Assembly (NCBI GenBank): GCA_964035545.1
Contig: CAXIUT010000054.1
Span: 54,474-85,222 of the forward strand
Source: Bugula neritina
Taxonomy: Eukaryota; Animalia; Bryozoa
Direction: 5' to 3'
DNA length: 30,749 nt
Shown here: in pieces, positions 12,088 through 23,039 of the stretch
How the letters are laid out: the number at the start of each line of letters is the position of its first letter
Numbering within the stretch: position 1 is the stretch's first letter
Notes under the pieces: model-generated
Database searches by the model: none
Told to the model about the DNA's origin: nothing
Seen by the model: only the letters and a program-made list of their open reading frames with translations
Program-made: the position numbers and the translations under genes

Positions 12088-13769
12088 TCATATCAAAAAG
12101 ATCACTAAAGTCATAAATCCCATCAGCACATAACTTTCCCAACTAGCTACCACAAGACTTTGGATATAATAATCGATTGGACACAATCCCTGGCATTCTT
12201 TCAACTAAATAAAATATAAAATACTGTTCCTAACTCTACTTGGCAAGGCACACAATAACCTTAGTACAAATAGTATCCATACTCGCACAAAGTACACAAG
12301 TAAGTTACTGAACTTATTTATATACAGTTCGATGATTTTGATACGCAGAAGTTGTCTCTAAGGTAGTAGCTTGCTGAATTGCACATAGTACATATGTATC
12401 TTGAAGTACACTTCATGCAATTTGTTTGGCAAGCATAGCATAGGTTATCAGTTCCCAAGTAATATCCATCATTACAAGTGGTGCATGTACTCGCTGAAGC
12501 TGATACTTTACAGTTGCTGGCAGTACTCGAAGAGCAGATGGCTCCATTGAGGTAGAAGTTAGTATTGCATGTTTAACAATTATCACCAGGACAAACTGCA
12601 CAGTCAGAAGTGGAGCAAGCAGTACATGTAGGACTAGTGAGATAATATCCAGAACTACATTCAGTGCATGTGCAAACATTAGCAAGAACACTGGTGTTAG
12701 CACTATTACAGCCAGTAAAAGGACATATTATACATTATCCATTTGTGATTATGTAACCATCGTAACATTGAGAACAATTTCCATTGATATCTGATATCTT
12801 TCTACAATTTTTAGTATTTTTAATGCATGTTATTCCGACAAGATAATAGCGTTCTGTGAGAGTTGTATTGTAGTCATACTGACACTGAGTGGGAGTGTTT
12901 TAGTTGCTACAGCGAATAGATCCTGTAATATGATCTGAACAAAGTTGACAAACTCCATTTGAATCTAAAAAGTAAGTATCTGCGCATTTAGTGCAACTGA
13001 TAAAGTTATTGCTTGCTTGACACTACTAACATCCAGCTGAACCTTGATATATTGTTTATGTGCAAAGAACGCATAAATTAGATACTAAAATTCCTTGACT
13101 GCAGGTAGTACAAGTCGATCCGTCTGAACAACTACTGCAGTAAGTTGGACAAGATAAACAGTTACTTTGAAACAGATAGTAGCTGGTCAAGCAGCCATAG
13201 CATAGATTTGAGGAGTCACAGACAGAGCAACCAGTGGGACAGGCTGTACATAGACCTCCATCAGCCACATTCCAGTAATATCCACTAGCACATGTAAGAC
13301 AGTTAGTTGAATCAGTACAAGTTGCGCAACTGGCCTGACAAGTAAAGCATTGATTATTTTTCTAGTAATAACCTGAGAAACACTATTTACAAAATCCATT
13401 ATCATCTATTTAAAAGCAACCTGGAGTGACGATGCAGCGTCCAGAGTAAAGGAATGTGAATGATCCAGCGACAACAGCACAATCTGTGCAGGAGAGTTGT
13501 GTTCCTTCTGTTTTACTACAGCACTAAGAGCAGGTTCCATAGATTCCACTAGATTGAGGGCATTGAATGCATGATCCCTTATAACTAGTGTATCCGTCAA
13601 TACATGAATCACAGCCATCTTTAACTGAACAGTCACAATTGGCAGCACAAGTTTAGCAATGTTGAAGATCGAAGAAATAAGCCTCTGGGCAGACATAAAA
13701 TGAAGTTGATGCAGACTGCGATAGGACTAAAAGCAACGAGAGGATGGTGAATAAAGTATTAAGGCTCAT
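12088..13769 (-). CDS. Cysteine-rich (furin-like CxxC repeat) surface protein with signal peptide and probable GPI anchor
   Basis: N-terminus MSLNTLFTILSLLLVLSQS; tandem CxxC..C..CxxGYY repeats; C-terminus SWESYVLMGFMTLVIFLI-TGA. One 20-nt intron (12205-12224) gives 554 codons. Confidence 0.88.
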
Positions 13770-13871
13770 GGGTTGTTTTATAATGAGTTAATAATTATGT
13801 GAACTAATTAAATATATGGATCCATATTATAGTAGGTTGATGATAAGAATCAAAGATTATATTTCTTTTAT

Positions 13872-15071
13872 ATGCCAAGCTATAAGTAAAAGAAATAAAG
13901 ATTGAGGTAGTTAGTTAAGAAATAGGAAGAAGAAAGGAGACAAAAGATTCAAGAAGAAGGACATTCTTTCAAAGCTATAGATGCTTTCAGAGTAAGTGAA
14001 AAATAATATAAATATTATCAACATAAAATCACCAATTTCAATACCCTAGTTGATTATAAAACTTTAAAAAAAAGAACAGTTGATGGATACGATATCTATG
14101 AAATAAATTAGCCCAAAGGTGCCTATCTTATCAAAGGATTTATTGATATGCAAACTCAATATCAAATTGGATTTTAGGCTATCAATGACTATATCAGAAA
14201 ACCATATAGAACCAACCTTGATGGCACCAATGGACTCTACTTATAAAATTAAAAATAAGAAAAAAATAACTAGAAAATCTAATAGAAAGAAAAAAAAGAA
14301 TAAACTTAGAAATAAGAACATAAAATGAAAAAATTGGAAGAGTAGCCTGAAAAAAAGTAGGAAGAACCTTTGAATAAAGGATATTTTTTCAATTAAAAAA
14401 TAAGAATGGCAAATTTGGGCTTTCAATATGACTGGCCTCATCGTTGCTATCCGAAAACTTAAGTTCCTATTCCTACTACAGTCACTAATCTAACTAGAAA
14501 AGCTCATTAACTATTCCAAAAAATTAGCTAAAATAATAATCTAACATATCATGGAGAAGCTGTTATCGTTAATTTTTATAAACCAAAATAGTATATGATA
14601 GGACATCTGGATGATGGATAGTAGGATCAAATAAACCCTATTTTTTCATTTAATTTTGGTCTAAGTTGCGTTTTTCTATTAGGATTTCCTGAAAAAGATA
14701 GAAAACCAATTCCCTTAAAACTTGAAGCAGGAGATCTCTTCAGTACAATATTTATTATTTTAGTAATGTCAGATTATTCTCGAATTTGTTACCATGGAGT
14801 GCCCAGAATAATATAAAATTCTTATATGATTCCATAGCCATCAGAGAAGATGGAAAAAATAGCATAAATTATTGATGGACAAGTAGAACAACCTTATAGG
14901 ATAAATGGATTTAAATAAGTAGGAGAGTACTATCTGAGTCATCGAATAAACTTGAACATTCGACAAGTATGGAAGAGATAATCATAAAAACATTTTTAAA
15001 AATAAGAGTAAAAGATCTAATAAAGTCATAAAATATAATAAAAATAATAATAGAATGATCCTTTGAATTGA
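13872..15071 (+). CDS. ALKBH1: AlkB family 2OG-Fe(II) dioxygenase, ALKBH1-like
   Basis: IRMANLGFQYDW, EAVIVNFY, GHLDDGEED (HxD), GDLFIMSDYSRICYHGVPRI and RINLNIRQV. Probable 21-nt intron at 14743-14763. Confidence 0.88.
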
Positions 15072-15079
15072 TATTTACA

Positions 15080-17961
15080 TCACTTACATCTAGCCATTAT
15101 ATCTTTGATCAATCCGACTCGAGCAAATCTACTTTTCTCTTCAGATAATCTAAGCTATAATTCAAACCAAGGTTTCAATTTACCACATAAAGCAACCAGC
15201 AACTCTTGATATCTTTGCTTAGTTTACAGATCTTTTTAGTCCAAGGCGTATTTGAACAGTTTATCCAGTAGAGTGGGATAGTTTCCATACCACTCAAGCA
15301 ATTTTATGGCTGCATTATCGATTTTACAACAACAGCTGATCAAAACTAGAAGACTATCAAATATCATATTGATTCTACTACGATCAGCATCCATCAAAGT
15401 TTCAAGTCTTTCAATCAAGAAGTCTATTAATTAATTACTGATATAAGTTTATTAAACTTTTAATTCCTTCAGGGTAGCATAGGTCCATTCTGAACGCTAA
15501 AGTATCAACCAAAGAGTGCGAATTGCCTCCGAAACAACTCTTTTATCTTTCGTATACTTTTTAAATACTAAAATATACAAATGTAAAAGTTAGGCGATAT
15601 ATTTAGGTGCTAAGTGAACTTTATGATAGTAAAAGTTTTGTAATGCATTCGAGCAGTCGATAAAAAGTGGCACAAAGACATCATCAGTAATTCTGGTAAG
15701 AGAAAAATCAGTTTGAGGTCTGACTAGGTGTTTATCATAAACTGGTACTTTTCTGACAGGATCAAGAAGCATCATACGTTATAATCCTCCTTTAACCAAT
15801 TTGTGCAGTTAGTTCAATTTGCTTTTATCTTTTACTTATCCAAAAAGATATCCAATATATCTGAAGACAAATACTACCATTTATGTTGATTTATTGGATT
15901 AAAGAGAACAGGTTATCACTTACTCAGTCAAAAGGAAGACAGCTTTTTCATCTTAACTATCAAAACCAGATAGAACAGCATTTATAAAAATAACTAATTT
16001 CCAGTCAATGTCCATTAAAGTTGGAGGATTCATGTATGCTTCCTGCATAAACTCTTTTATCACGGAAAAACTATCACATAAACTATTAATCTTCATAAAA
16101 TGAATGGGTATCATTTACCATTCTACTGTGCTTTTTGAATCTTTAGCAAAAATATCACCAAAATAAAGTTCATAGCTACTACAACCCATTAGTTTCAGAA
16201 GGGAAAGACAGTTCACAGAGAGAAGTTATTCTATCTAATCTGCTGAAGCTTTTGATTTAAGACCATCTAGAAAAGCATTACAAAGTTATAGCCCTTCTTG
16301 AGCATTGCTTTTATATATTTATGAGCAGATACTACATTAATCTATCAAGTCTAGTAATGTTTATACTTGCTTCTTTTTATGTGCTAGTCCTAATCCTTCT
16401 GGAATAGCTTCAAAAAAGCCTTAGATCATATGTTTAAGTCCTTTCATGGAAGCTCTCATAAATTATTAATTTTGCACAAGTTATCCTTTGAGAGCTGATC
16501 CTATAATATGTGCATACCCTGATACTTCACAATATCTACCTAGCAAATGTAAAGTTCTACAAAGTAGCCTTGCTACTTCTTCATCATCTTTTTGCATTGG
16601 CAAGATGCTACTAAGCAAATGAGGCAACATAACATCTAGATACTGAGCCATGTAGTTTTCGGTATAAATAGTACCATATAATACCAAGTAGGCTGCTCTG
16701 ATTCTATTCTCAAGGTTAATATCTTTTATCTATTTGTAGAGAGCAGTCCAGAATTTACGAACATGACCACGAATAAATACACGACTGCCTAGTGATGGTC
16801 TGCCTTTAAGAGGTGAGCAAGTAGGTAAATCGACTAATAATCCTTCCCAAGTCCAAAGTGAATCAATGGCATATTGCTTATTATCTCTGAATTAAGTTTA
16901 TTTTTAAACTTAAATTTGTCTTCCAATTTATTTGATAGTCTAAAGAGCTGTTTCCCTCACTTGCTAATCTTTATCAAACATTCCTGAAAGAATATAGGGT
17001 ACTAATCTTCCATGATGATCATATTTATCATCTAACTAGCAACACCAATGGTAGATACTTTTCAAGAACTACTGTCGAACTTTAACATTATTATCATTTA
17101 TAAATGTTGCTAAATAATTGATATTATTTGATGTTTAGTAGAAGTCTTTGATGGGAACTGAGTTTGGATCCCTGAATCCGATTAAATTCTAAAATATGAA
17201 AGCATTGTATTTCCATAAACCACACCAAAAAATAGATGTTAGAGCTTTTAGACCTGCGATTCTTATTTTAGATTTTTTTGAAACTAAAGGCAGCAAGATT
17301 GCTCGACCCATTATTTCAGTATAATGCAACAAAATCATTTTAAAAGTTTTACAAAAATGCTAGAGCAACTAACAAGCTGACCTCTCCACCTATGGAGCCG
17401 GGTCCATAATGAGTACTCTGAGAATATTCACTATTTCATCTAATTTATCTCGAATATCTTATTCTTCTACAAGAGAGAGTATTTTTGTCATTAACTCACA
17501 GAAAAGCATTCTTATTTCTTCACAGTTTTATACCAGCTTAGATAGCATTTTGGGTTTTTGTCCAGGAGCTGGTCTCATTTTCTAAGGAAGATTAGCTATT
17601 CCTTCAAGGTCAGTGCAGTTGGTTCTATCAATCATAACAGCAAAAATATAAGGTAAATAACTTCTGATGCTATTGACTCTCATGACTAATTATATAACTG
17701 CTAAGACAGCATGTTCTCTATTATACTAGCTGCTGTCACTAAAACACTTAAGCAGTTCTTTCATACATAAGTGACCGATTTCTTAAAATTCTTTACCATT
17801 CAGAGTTTGTTCTTTGAATATTTTTAGAAGTTAGTCTAGACCCTATCTTCTTTGCTGCTGTTGCTTTTCTTTGAGATTGTTGAGACTTCTTCTAAGTGTG
17901 CTAAAGAGATCCTAGATGAATAGAAAGATACTGGATGAGTGACTTAAAGTTATTGTTGCAT
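15080..17961 (-). CDS. DNAAF5: Dynein axonemal assembly factor 5 (HEATR2)-like HEAT-repeat protein
   Basis: LLKCFSDSSEYNREHA, KSKIRIAGLKAL, IGFRDPNSVPIKDFY, LDDKYDHHGRLVPYILSGMFD and RPSLGSRVFIR. One 20-nt intron (17912-17931) gives 954 codons. Confidence 0.85.
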
Positions 17962-18005
17962 TTTTTGTTTGATTTGATTTAAAATATAATGGTGATTATA
18001 ATATC
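17962..18005. promoter_or_regulatory. Putative bidirectional promoter (44 bp between divergent ATGs)
   Basis: Lies between the DNAAF5-like ATG (17961, -) and the YciI-like ATG (18006, +). Inferred from position only. Confidence 0.4.
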
Positions 18006-18412
18006 ATGTTAAACATTATTCGTAAAATAAGTCAAAAGTTTTCTTTTCAGCCCTAAAGATCCAGAAGATTCTTCTCTTTACAATTAATTCTTAAAGAAGA
18101 AATACCACTATCAGGTATATAGTGTTCTATATTAGAAATGATCATAGAATAGCATCAAAAGGTGATATAATAGTCAGAATAGAAAGGGTAAATTTTGCAG
18201 GCATACAAACATACTAATAAAAATGCATATTAATATCTTTTTCAATCTCCAAATTAACTTTAAGCTTTCTATTTCGTAAAAAAAGTAAATTTTAATTAAT
18301 ACAGAGTCCTTTTCAGCACCATCAAATGATCTAGTCATATCAGATAAAATAAATATAGTTGCAACTTAAAGTCAAAGATAAATAATTGGCACCAGCATAC
18401 CTAAGATAGTGA
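18006..18412 (+). CDS. Small YciI/YCII-like protein with possible mitochondrial presequence
   Basis: MLNIIRKISQKFSFQPERSRRFFSLQL...EEHQKVIEESEEKGEILQA...YLFQSPNELEAFYFVKKSPFQHHQMIESYQIKEIEL. Needs a 20-nt intron (18285-18304), an optional 21-nt intron (18115-18135) and one extra T at about 18310. Absent from the ORF track. Confidence 0.5.
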
Positions 18413-18500
18413 TATTTTATTATTAAATACTTTATTTATCAACTTAAAATAGTTCATTTTTTATCTTATTCAAAGTTTTGGTTAGAAAAACTCAAATTTA

Positions 18501-20902
18501 TCATTGTTTGGAATGTTTTTTATCATTTATATGATTTTTCAATATTTAAAAAACTCCCATTGTCTAGTCCTTCCTTAACTCTCTTACTTTCTCTTTCACT
18601 TCATCTCTTTCCCTCGATATTCTTTTGTTTACTCGATAATATGGATAATTATGTGAATAATCTATCTCCAAGTCATTTTCAATTTCCTTATATTCAGCAT
18701 ATTCTTTTTCCTCCTCACTTTGCACTTTAAGCATCTTCTTAAAAATATTTTTTAGCCACTTACAACCAACCCAATAGTTTCCAAATGCTATTATCACTCC
18801 TACTCCAGACATATAATAATAAATCTTACTTTATTGAAGCACATCAAAGGAATAACCATTTTGAATTGGAACAAACATGACTAAGAGAGTCATCAAACTC
18901 ATATATATCGGAAATTGATGCATTATTTGGTTAACTCTTAATGAAAAACGGTGACTTAGTCTCAGATTAATTGTATATCTTCTGAGAAGAAGGTACTTAT
19001 CTAGCCAATAAATAAAAGTCAAACCTATCAAACAGATTAGTAAAGAAAGAGGATATAGTATAGCTATTCCAGCTGAAAAAATAAAGAAACGATATACTGT
19101 ACCATATTTATAGAATAAGTCAAAATTCATATTTTCATAATCTTTATTGGCTTCACCTTGAGCAACACTAAGCTTATTTTTTTGAATTTTCCAACGTTTA
19201 ATAAGTTTTAAAATTTGTCTGTGATCGAAAATAGCCAAAAAGCATGAAAAAACAGGGTTAGTAACAATAAGAAAAAAGCAGTCAAAGAGAAAGGTTTAAA
19301 AATTAAGAGGAAAACCCTAATAAGTAGCATGATCTTCTTTAATGATATAGAAAACTGCTGAATTAGCGACAAACGTAGTGAAAAGCATATTAATCATAAA
19401 GATAAATACCATTTTGATGATATTTTGATATCCAAGTTGAGAATATGTGTTATAGTAGCTTTATTATTCTGATGAACGTATAATTTTTCTAAAAAGTGAT
19501 CCAAACAATGAAACTAAAATAGAATTAATGAAACTAAATATAATATTACCGTTTTGCATATCTTTTTCTTCTTTGATTAGTTTTTTTGCCAAAGCCATAA
19601 TCAAAAAATCTAAAGCTAAAAGTAGTATAATTATACAACTATAGAATAGTCTTGAACGCCATCTAACTTTTTGCTTTGATCCCATATTAGCAAATATAAT
19701 GTCTTATGGCTATGGAGCTGCCTCAATTATTAGTTTTGAACGACTAGACTCTAGCAAGGATGTAATATTGTAAGCGATCTTTTAACAGAAGGATGTAGAG
19801 TTGTAGGTTAGAATTTTATTAACTGATTGACAGTTATTAAGGGTAACAATACATTTTCCTGAAAAGTTACTAATCGATTTAGTGGATGAGTCTTAAAACA
19901 TACCACCTTAACGTATTCTTTACCTTATTTTTTATGTTGTTTGTTCGAAACTATTGATTTAATTTTAAGTTTTTTATATTTAGTTATCATTCTTGATAAT
20001 CCTAGATTGCTTTTTCTGAAGTTTTTTATCTATCTTTTACTTTTTAAGAAAATCTATGTTTCTTAATGATTATTATTCTAACTTTTTGACTTTCCATTTG
20101 AGTTTAATATTATGTTAAATAAGTTTTTGCTTCTTTTAAGTCATTTTTTGATAGTTTTTAAAGTTATAAATGATATAAATTTTTGATACTACTACATCTG
20201 GTGCTCCTGAAAAAAGCATTTTATCTTCAATATATTTTTGAATCTATCCTAAGTTGACATCTTGAGATACTCCTTTCAGTATCAATGAATATTATTCTGC
20301 TAACTTTCTTCCCCTCTTGTATTTTTACACTGACAACTCAAGTTTCAGTTCTAGAAAGGCTAAAAGTATAATATTAACAAGAATCATACCGAAAAATAAG
20401 CCTGCTTCTATTTGTAGCAATTTTATTTACTTGAGATTCATAATATTAATAATTGATCCTCGACAGACCATATTCATCAAAGCAGGAATTCCTTCATCAA
20501 TATACCCACATTCTTCTCCTTTTAGAATATTAATGATGAAAGTGGGAAGGACCAAAAGAAGTACGTTTACTAACAAAAAAAAGATACAATGCTTAATAAA
20601 CTGAAAATAGAGAGGAGCTGACATTCCACAATGGAGCAAATCCGATAAATCACAAAATATCGATAAAGGTCTTCATAAAATTAGATATACTCTTTTTAAA
20701 GGGGCTAGAGACAGCATCGACACCTTTCAACATCAGACATAGGTGCAATGAATTTGCCTACTTTTTTTGACTATCCATGAGTTAGAGCAAAAGCAAGGTC
20801 TGGCGGGTACATAGTTGGATCATAGTTTTGCTATAGGGTTGAAATACGTGATTGTTTGAAAGTAGTTGGGAAAGGCTCTGATAGTAAAGGCTGAATCGAC
20901 AT
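18501..20902 (-). CDS. OSCA/CSC1/TMEM63-like multi-pass channel protein
   Basis: Four ORF-track fragments are in one frame once TAR=Glu. PPDLAFA..H, CRCC, PLYFQFIK, FSGKCIVT, EAAPEPEDIIFANMG and YWLDKYLLLRR. One 20-nt intron (20671-20690) gives 794 codons. Confidence 0.8.
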
Positions 20903-21064
20903 AACTTTGATCTTTACTTATATTAACTACTATTATATAAATGCTAAATATACAGATTTTAGGATTTTCTTACTTTTTTCAGTTTTAAAAAATAAATATT
21001 GATGAATATTAGTTTCTTTAAATTTTATTACTATTAATAGGGATTATGTGATTGAGGTGATTGA

Positions 21065-21476
21065 TCATTCGTTCCAAGGCATATCTCTGATTCCTCCTTT
21101 TTCATTTTCAAACTGATGAAGAATATTATCATAAGCTCCAAAGCCTCCTTTATTTGTCAAAACAAAATATCTCTATATTCAATTATATACTTATATCCTG
21201 GAATATTTTTCTTCTTTAACTGTGTCTCTGATGAATCTTTGTTATAGTAAAGGTATGCTCCCAAAACAGTCACAGCTGCCAATGAAACGACTGACATCAT
21301 AATGTGCAAATGTTTTGTAGCAGACGCATTAAATCCGTCTTTCACAAACTGAGTTAAAGATCAAGTACTTGGAAGTAAGTAGAAGGTCCTTTCATTAGTT
21401 AGCGATTAAAGGTGTAGTCGACTGGCACTCGATGATCTGGAAAAGAACGACTGTAGTTTATTGCGTATTTTTTCAT
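21065..21476 (-). CDS. 123-aa single-pass membrane protein, function unknown (possibly a mitochondrial inner-membrane complex subunit)
   Basis: Two 20-nt introns (21349-21368, 21171-21190) give MKKYAINYSRSFPDHRVPVDY...IMMSVVSLAAVTVLGAYLYY...GIRDMPWNE-TGA. The functional guess is inference only. Confidence 0.7.
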
Positions 21477-21598
21477 TTTATATAATTACAAAAATGTTGA
21501 ATTATCTTCATCTAAATATATTATCATCTTTATCTCTAATCCATATTAAGTATTAAAAATTAGGATTGAATGTAATATTTAATATAAAGCAGGAGATT

Positions 21599-23011
21599 AT
21601 GACTTCGACTCAAACATTTCCCTCTCTAGAATAGCAACTAACTTCCTAATAAGCACCTCTATAACCTAAAAAATCTTTTACAGAATAACCATACCGCTTT
21701 GTAATCCTGACTTTTTATCTATTAGCTTCATTGACTAACTCCCTACCTCTTAATACTTTTGCAGCTATGTCAACAATCGTCTAACAATCTTTTGGTATCT
21801 CAAAGATCATAATCACTGCCAACTATCTCGTTTTCCCTCTAGGCCATGCTCTCTTTTCGATGCCAGTCAATTGGATGCTCACAAAAAAAGGAATTAGAGT
21901 TAGTTATTACGTTGCAGCTGTAGGCAGTATTACTGGAGTTTGGCTAAGAACTACTCTTAGTACTGAAGATCCCTATATTTGTCTGATAGGATCATTGATA
22001 TCTGCAATAAGTGGACTTTTTGTAATGAATAGTGCAAGCAAAATAACATTTAATTGGTTTAGATCAGATAGAGTTACTCTTGTTACATTCTTTTCAATAT
22101 TTTCCAGTTTTATTTCCATGTCATTTAGCCTCATACTGCCTGGTCTGTTCTTAGATTCATAAAGCGGATAGAGTGATGTGATTAGTTTTTTGAGAATTCA
22201 GGCTATATTAGTAACAGTTCCTTTTGTTTTACTAGCTATTATAATAAGAGAAAAACCTAAAAATCCACCTAGTTTAGCTGCTGAAGCCTAACACGACCAA
22301 AATAAGTAAAAATAATATCGCAAAGTGATTAAAATGCTCTTTACAAATCGAAACTATCTTAAATTAGTTGCATCAATGGCCATGATATATGGAGGAGTAG
22401 TGGCCTATCTATCAATAGTGGGTCGAGGATTGAAAGCTTTAGGTTTTAAAGAACCTTCACACATCATATCTCTGAATACTGCTGTTACGATGGTATGTGG
22501 AATTATGGGCAATATTGTATTTTCAACTATTTTGAAGAAAACAAAAAGATTCAGAATGGTTTCGTTGATGGTAGGTTTCGGGGTGTTTTTAGGATACAGT
22601 ATTATGGTATTTGGAATGTTTTTGGGTATGGCATAATTTTGGTAGATATTTGTAATGGGAATAATATTTGGATTTACTTTTTTTTCACTCCCTTCTTTTT
22701 GCATAATATATGGCTCACAAATCTCTCATCCAGTTGACCAAGCTTCCATTGCTGGATATACTATGGCTGTCAGTCAAACCTTTGGCTCTATTCTAGGATT
22801 TATAGTCTTATCACTATTCAATGATACTCAGGATAATGCAATTACTCTATTTTCTGTAATAGCTGCAATAATACTAATAGGAGCTATAATAGGACTATTT
22901 GTGAAATAAGATTTAAGGAAAGATCGATTCTAGGAAAACTAAAAAAACAAACCTTCTTTGATATCTAATCCCTCCTAATCAGAAGAGATAGGATTTTCTC
23001 ATATTTAATGA
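21599..23011 (+). CDS. MFS transporter, SLC49/FLVCR-like
   Basis: 471 codons with no intron. PYRFVIL, NWMLTKKGIR, SKITFNWF, REKPKNPPSLAA, QISHPVD and KEDLRK; many hydrophobic segments. Confidence 0.88.
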
Positions 23012-23039
23012 TTGGATATTTTAATAATCATATATGATA

